A stretch of DNA of 64,000 bases from an uncultured Actinomycetota bacterium (lineage in GTDB: Bacteria; Actinomycetota; Actinomycetes; CAWDCV01). A program made the translations under genes and the position numbers. Below the pieces are notes generated by a model. That model searched no databases, had not been told where the DNA came from, and saw only the letters and a program-made list of their open reading frames with translations. The DNA lies in the NCBI GenBank assembly GCA_963801015.1, contig CAWDCV010000002.1, positions 1,307,200 to 1,371,199 on the forward strand. The letters are read 5' to 3'. This document shows, piece after piece, positions 60,202 to 64,000 of this stretch (position 1 is its first letter; each line of letters starts with the position of its first letter).

Positions 60202-61197
60202 TCAGCTGTTCAGCTCGCCGAGGGCGGCGATGGCGAACTCGTGGGTCTTCTCGGCGTCGTCGAGCGCGGCGAGGTAGCGCTCGGCGTCGAGTGCGGCGGC
60301 GCAGCCCGTGCCGGCGGCGGTGACGGCCTGCCGGTAGGTGTGGTCGACAACGTCTCCGGCCGCGAACACGCCCGGCATGTTGGTACGGGTCGAAGGGGCG
60401 TCGACGAGGATGTACCCCTCCTCGTCACGGTGGATCTGGCCGGCGAACAGGTCGCTGCGCGGATCGTGCCCGATGGCGACGAACAGGCCGCCGAGCTCGA
60501 GCGTCGACTCCTCACCGGTGTGCACGTTGCGGACGCGAGCTCCGGTCACGTGGGTGTCGCCCAGAACGTCCACGATTTCGGTGTCCCAGAGGAACCGGAT
60601 CTTGTCGCTGGCGAACGCGCGGTCCTGCATGATCTTGCTCGCCCGCAGCGCGTCGCGGCGATGGATGACGATCACCGAGTCGGCGAACCGGGTGAGGAAC
60701 GTCGCCTCCTCGAGCGCGGAGTCACCCCCGCCGACCACCGCGATGTCCTTGCCGCGGAAGAAGAATCCGTCACACGTCGCACACCACGACACCCCGTGCC
60801 CAGCGAGCCGCTTCTCGTTAGCGAGTCCGAGCTCGCGGTACATGGACCCGGTCGCGATGATGACGGCGCGGGAGCGGTGAATGGTGCCGGCGCTGTCCTT
60901 GACGGCCTTGGTCTCCCCGGACAGGTCCACCTCGACCACGTCGTCGGTGACCAGCTCGGCGCCGAAGCGCTCAGCCTGCGCGCGGAAGTTCTCCATCAGC
61001 GGCGGGCCCTGGATGCCCTCGGGAAAGCCCGGGTAGTTCTCCACGTCGGTGGTGTTCATCAGCGCGCCGCCCCACGACACCGACCCCTCGAAGACGAGCG
61101 GGTTCAGGTTCGCGCGGGCGGCGTACAGCGCGGCCGTGTAGCCGGCTGGGCCCGAGCCGATGATGATGACGTTGCGCACGCTCTGCTCAACCGTCAC
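60202..61197 (-). CDS. trxB: Thioredoxin reductase
   Basis: GSGPAG, CATCDG, GGGDSA, FAAGD. Confidence 0.97.
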   Translation of the reverse strand: MTVEQSVRNVIIIGSGPAGYTAALYAARANLNPLVFEGSVSWGGALMNTTDVENYPGFPEGIQGPPLMENFRAQAERFGAELVTDDVVEVDLSGETKAVKDSAGTIHRSRAVIIATGSMYRELGLANEKRLAGHGVSWCATCDGFFFRGKDIAVVGGGDSALEEATFLTRFADSVIVIHRRDALRASKIMQDRAFASDKIRFLWDTEIVDVLGDTHVTGARVRNVHTGEESTLELGGLFVAIGHDPRSDLFAGQIHRDEEGYILVDAPSTRTNMPGVFAAGDVVDHTYRQAVTAAGTGCAAALDAERYLAALDDAEKTHEFAIAALGELNS

Positions 61198-61287
61198 GTG
61201 GTCGATGCTCCCTGTGTAAATCGTGGAAGTCGCTGAATCGCTTTTGTGCCCGGTGCAACGGATCTTAGAGCGCCAGCATTCCCACGC

Positions 61288-62160
61288 TCAGGGACGCGGG
61301 ACGCGCGTCGCGACGATCAGGTCGTCGTCGCTTGCCGAGCACCCTGCTCCCACGACACGGACGTCAAGGTAGGCGTCGTCGGTCGGGTCGGGCAGCACGA
61401 GAATGGCCGCTGGCTGTCCCTCGTACGTCGCAAAGTCGACGGCGAGCGGCGTCACGCCCGTACGGCCGGTCAGCGCCTCGATGCAGGCCGCGAGTCCGGC
61501 GGGTGTCCCGAGCGTGCCGAGACTCGATTCGTCCTGGCCCGGCGCAGCCGGCTCACCTGACGTGCCCGAACCAGGCAGCGTCCCCGGCGCTGCCTCTCGG
61601 CCGTCGCCAGCAGTCGAATCGTCGGCGTCACCCGTCCGGACCAGGGCCTGCACCTGCTCGTCCAGAGTGTCCGCGGTGTAGTCGCTGCTGTCCGGCGGTG
61701 CAGCGAGCGTCGCTTCGGGCGCCTCCGCGGCTCGGTCGGCCTCGAGGGCGGCGCCAGAGACGCTGGATGTCGAGGACTCCGGCGCATCGAGTGCGCGCAG
61801 ACCGAGCACGGCGCCGGTGACGCCGAGAACTGCTGCGGCTGCAGCGCCGATCCACACTGGCATCCGCCGGGTTCGTCGGGCGCGAGCAGGCGTCGTGATC
61901 GCCTCTCGCGGTGTCGACGCGGTCAGCGGCGGTTCCGCCTGCAGCGCCGCCTCGATCCGCATCGCAACGTCGTCGGGCATCCGAGGTGAGGGCGCAGCAG
62001 CCAGCAACGTCGGAATGTCCCTCAGATCGACCGCCACCTGTCGGCAGTCGGTGCAGTGGGCCAGATGCTCGTCGACGGCGGACTGCTCCGCCGCCGGCAG
62101 TAAGCCCTCGGCGGCGTCGGCGAGCACCTCTGCGGGCACGTGCCCGGTGTCGCTCGTCAT
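61288..62160 (-). CDS. Anti-sigma factor with zinc-finger (HxxxCxxC) and TM segment
   Basis: HLAHCTDC; translationally coupled to the ECF sigma gene. Confidence 0.85.
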   Translation of the reverse strand: MTSDTGHVPAEVLADAAEGLLPAAEQSAVDEHLAHCTDCRQVAVDLRDIPTLLAAAPSPRMPDDVAMRIEAALQAEPPLTASTPREAITTPARARRTRRMPVWIGAAAAAVLGVTGAVLGLRALDAPESSTSSVSGAALEADRAAEAPEATLAAPPDSSDYTADTLDEQVQALVRTGDADDSTAGDGREAAPGTLPGSGTSGEPAAPGQDESSLGTLGTPAGLAACIEALTGRTGVTPLAVDFATYEGQPAAILVLPDPTDDAYLDVRVVGAGCSASDDDLIVATRVPRP

Positions 62161-62774
62161 GTCCCGTCCTCGCCGTCCTGGAGACCTCGCTGCGGCTGCA
62201 CCGATGCGACGCCCGCGGAGGTCGGGTGGTTCCGCAGGTGCCGGAGAAGCGGCAGCAATTTCGCCCGCCCACGTGCGCAGCGACTCTTGATCGTGCCGGG
62301 AGCGACGCCGAGGATCCGGGCCGCCTCCTCGACCGACCAGCCCTGCATGTCGACGAGCACGAGAGCCGCTCGTTGCTCAGGCGGCAGCGTCGCGAGCGCA
62401 GCGGCGACGTCCAGGGCCGTCTCTACCCGGCCCGCGGCATCAGGGGCGGCGTCTGACACCGTGTCAAGGACGTCGTCCGGCAGCGGCACGGTCGGCCGCG
62501 ACGTACGGCGGCGAATCCGGTCGAGGGACGCGTTGACAACAACGCGGTGCAACCAGGTGGTCACTGCGGAGTCACCACGGAACGATCCCGCCGCGCGGTA
62601 TGCGGAGATCAGGGCGTCCTGGACCGCGTCCGCGGCCTCTTCCCGGTCGCCGAGCGTGCGCAGCGCCACCGCCCAGAGCCGGTCGCGATGGCGACGGACG
62701 AGCTCGGCGAACGCATCCGGGTCCCCAGCCACATGCGCGGCCAGCACGTCCGCGTCGTCCCTGGGCTCGTCCAC
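62157..62774 (-). CDS. sigM: ECF sigma factor SigM
   Basis: RHRDRLWAVALR, TTWLHR, GTIKSRCARGR; conserved position upstream of trxB. Confidence 0.92.
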   Translation of the reverse strand: MDEPRDDADVLAAHVAGDPDAFAELVRRHRDRLWAVALRTLGDREEAADAVQDALISAYRAAGSFRGDSAVTTWLHRVVVNASLDRIRRRTSRPTVPLPDDVLDTVSDAAPDAAGRVETALDVAAALATLPPEQRAALVLVDMQGWSVEEAARILGVAPGTIKSRCARGRAKLLPLLRHLRNHPTSAGVASVQPQRGLQDGEDGT

Positions 62775-62840
62775 GCTTGAGAAGGGTAGAGCCGTGGAGC
62801 GGAGAGCCGAGCGCCGGAGACGCTCGTCCTGTTCCTGGCC

Positions 62841-64000
62841 TCAGCTCGAGACCGTGACCTCGCGGATACCGCCGCGGAAATCGGCGCCGTCGGCGGGCAG
62901 CGATGTCAGCCAGACCAGCAGGTAGTGCGCCTGCACGGTCTCGTCCGGCTCGAGGATGACCTGGCGACCGGCATCGGTCGCGCTCGCCACCACGGTGTAG
63001 TCGTCCGCACTCGTTCCCTGCGAGTCCGCTGTCCGCAACTCCAGCGACGTGCCCGAGCCCACCAGGTCGACGGTCACGCTCCGCACCGACGCCACGGACC
63101 CGAGGTCGAGGACGAGCCCGACACCGGGCTTGAGCCCGCCCAGATCGGGCCGGCGCTTGTACGCGCTCGTCGTCCAGGCGGTGTCGGCGTCGCCGTCTAT
63201 CGCGAGCTCGACCTGGTCGCTGTTCTCCTCGCCCTCACCGCCTGGATCGAAGTCAGCAGCATTCGCGATGGTCACCGTCGAACCGTCGTCGGCGGAGGCT
63301 GCTCCTGACGCCGATGCGCCAGGGTCGGCAGTCCCGGTAGCCGACGGCGCGTCATCATCCATGGCAGCAGCGACCAGCTGCGCAGCGACCAGCCCGACAC
63401 CGCAAATCAGCAGCGCGGCCACGATGTACCGCGCCAATCGGGTCGTCCGCCCGGCCGGCTGTTGCGGCGGCGGCGACGCGTGGCGGATCCGCGACACGCC
63501 GTCCTGCCCGGGCGATGTCGGTGTGTTGACCGACGCGGGCGGCGCAGATACGGCAACAGAAGCTGCGGCAAGAGCGCTGGCCAGCTCCCCCGGAGTAGAC
63601 AGCGGATCGGCGGAGCGCGGGGGTGTTCCGAGGACCCGGTCGGAAACGTCGTCGAGGACGGCGGGCACGCCGGCGAGCACCTGGCGCGGGCTACACAGCC
63701 GGCCGTGCTCGAGCGGAGCGTCGGGGACGGACGACGACGCCTGTCCCTGCGGCCAACGTGCGGTGAGACCCGCGTAGAGGATCGCGGCGGCGGCGCGGGT
63801 GTCCCGCGCGACGGCCTGCCCGTTGCGTAGCGCCGTCCCAGCGCCAGCGTCGGCGGACACGACCGCGTCCACGCCGAGCCCGAGGATCTTCACGCCGCCG
63901 CTGTCTGTGCGCATGACGCACTCGGGTCGCAGCGCCAGGTGGTAGAGGTCCTGGGTGTGCGCCGAGGCCAGCGCCTGCGCCACGTCGAGGGTGATCGAGC
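62841..64000 (-). CDS. Pseudokinase-TM-extracellular domain protein (MviN-associated type), 5' part beyond window edge
   Basis: HLALRPECV, LYAGLTARWP, TM segment, FDP.G..EN, KPGVGLVLDL, LVWLTSLP. Confidence 0.8.
   Translation of the reverse strand, partial: SITLDVAQALASAHTQDLYHLALRPECVMRTDSGGVKILGLGVDAVVSADAGAGTALRNGQAVARDTRAAAAILYAGLTARWPQGQASSSVPDAPLEHGRLCSPRQVLAGVPAVLDDVSDRVLGTPPRSADPLSTPGELASALAAASVAVSAPPASVNTPTSPGQDGVSRIRHASPPPQQPAGRTTRLARYIVAALLICGVGLVAAQLVAAAMDDDAPSATGTADPGASASGAASADDGSTVTIANAADFDPGGEGEENSDQVELAIDGDADTAWTTSAYKRRPDLGGLKPGVGLVLDLGSVASVRSVTVDLVGSGTSLELRTADSQGTSADDYTVVASATDAGRQVILEPDETVQAHYLLVWLTSLPADGADFRGGIREVTVSS

Overview
High-GC actinobacterial chromosomal window with two parts. 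(1) 1-37.2 kb, left edge truncated: a large accessory catabolic cluster for an unknown substrate. It encodes 3 cytochromes P450, a 3Fe-4S ferredoxin, 3 luciferase-like (probably F420-dependent) oxidoreductases, a DDN nitroreductase, an ALDH, 3 SDRs, 3 CoA ligases, 2 acyl-CoA dehydrogenases, 2 crotonases (one Oah/BadI-like), CitE+MaoC, two different AtuA-family/small-partner pairs, a Liv-type ABC importer, an MFS transporter and a FadR/GntR regulator. A previously unannotated 17-bp pseudo-palindrome (ATGnnnATnATnnnCAT) occurs 10 times in 8 promoter regions and appears to tie the cluster into one regulon. A 3.3 kb block (amidohydrolase, desaturase, vapBC, DUF3291) lacks the motif. (2) About 40.8-64 kb: the conserved actinobacterial origin region: tRNA-Ala, DLW-39, tRNA-Ile, DUF3566, gyrA, gyrB, dciA, recF, dnaN, oriC, dnaA, rpmH, rnpA, yidD, yidC, jag, rsmG, parA with tandem parS, parB, GNAT, cwlM, trxA, trxB, anti-sigma, sigM and a partial pseudokinase. 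A few accessory genes (37.2-40.7 kb) lie between the two parts. Two REP-like repeat families occur at two loci each. Nine apparent single-base frameshifts all fall in the accessory part. All product calls come from reading motifs by eye; no database searches were run.
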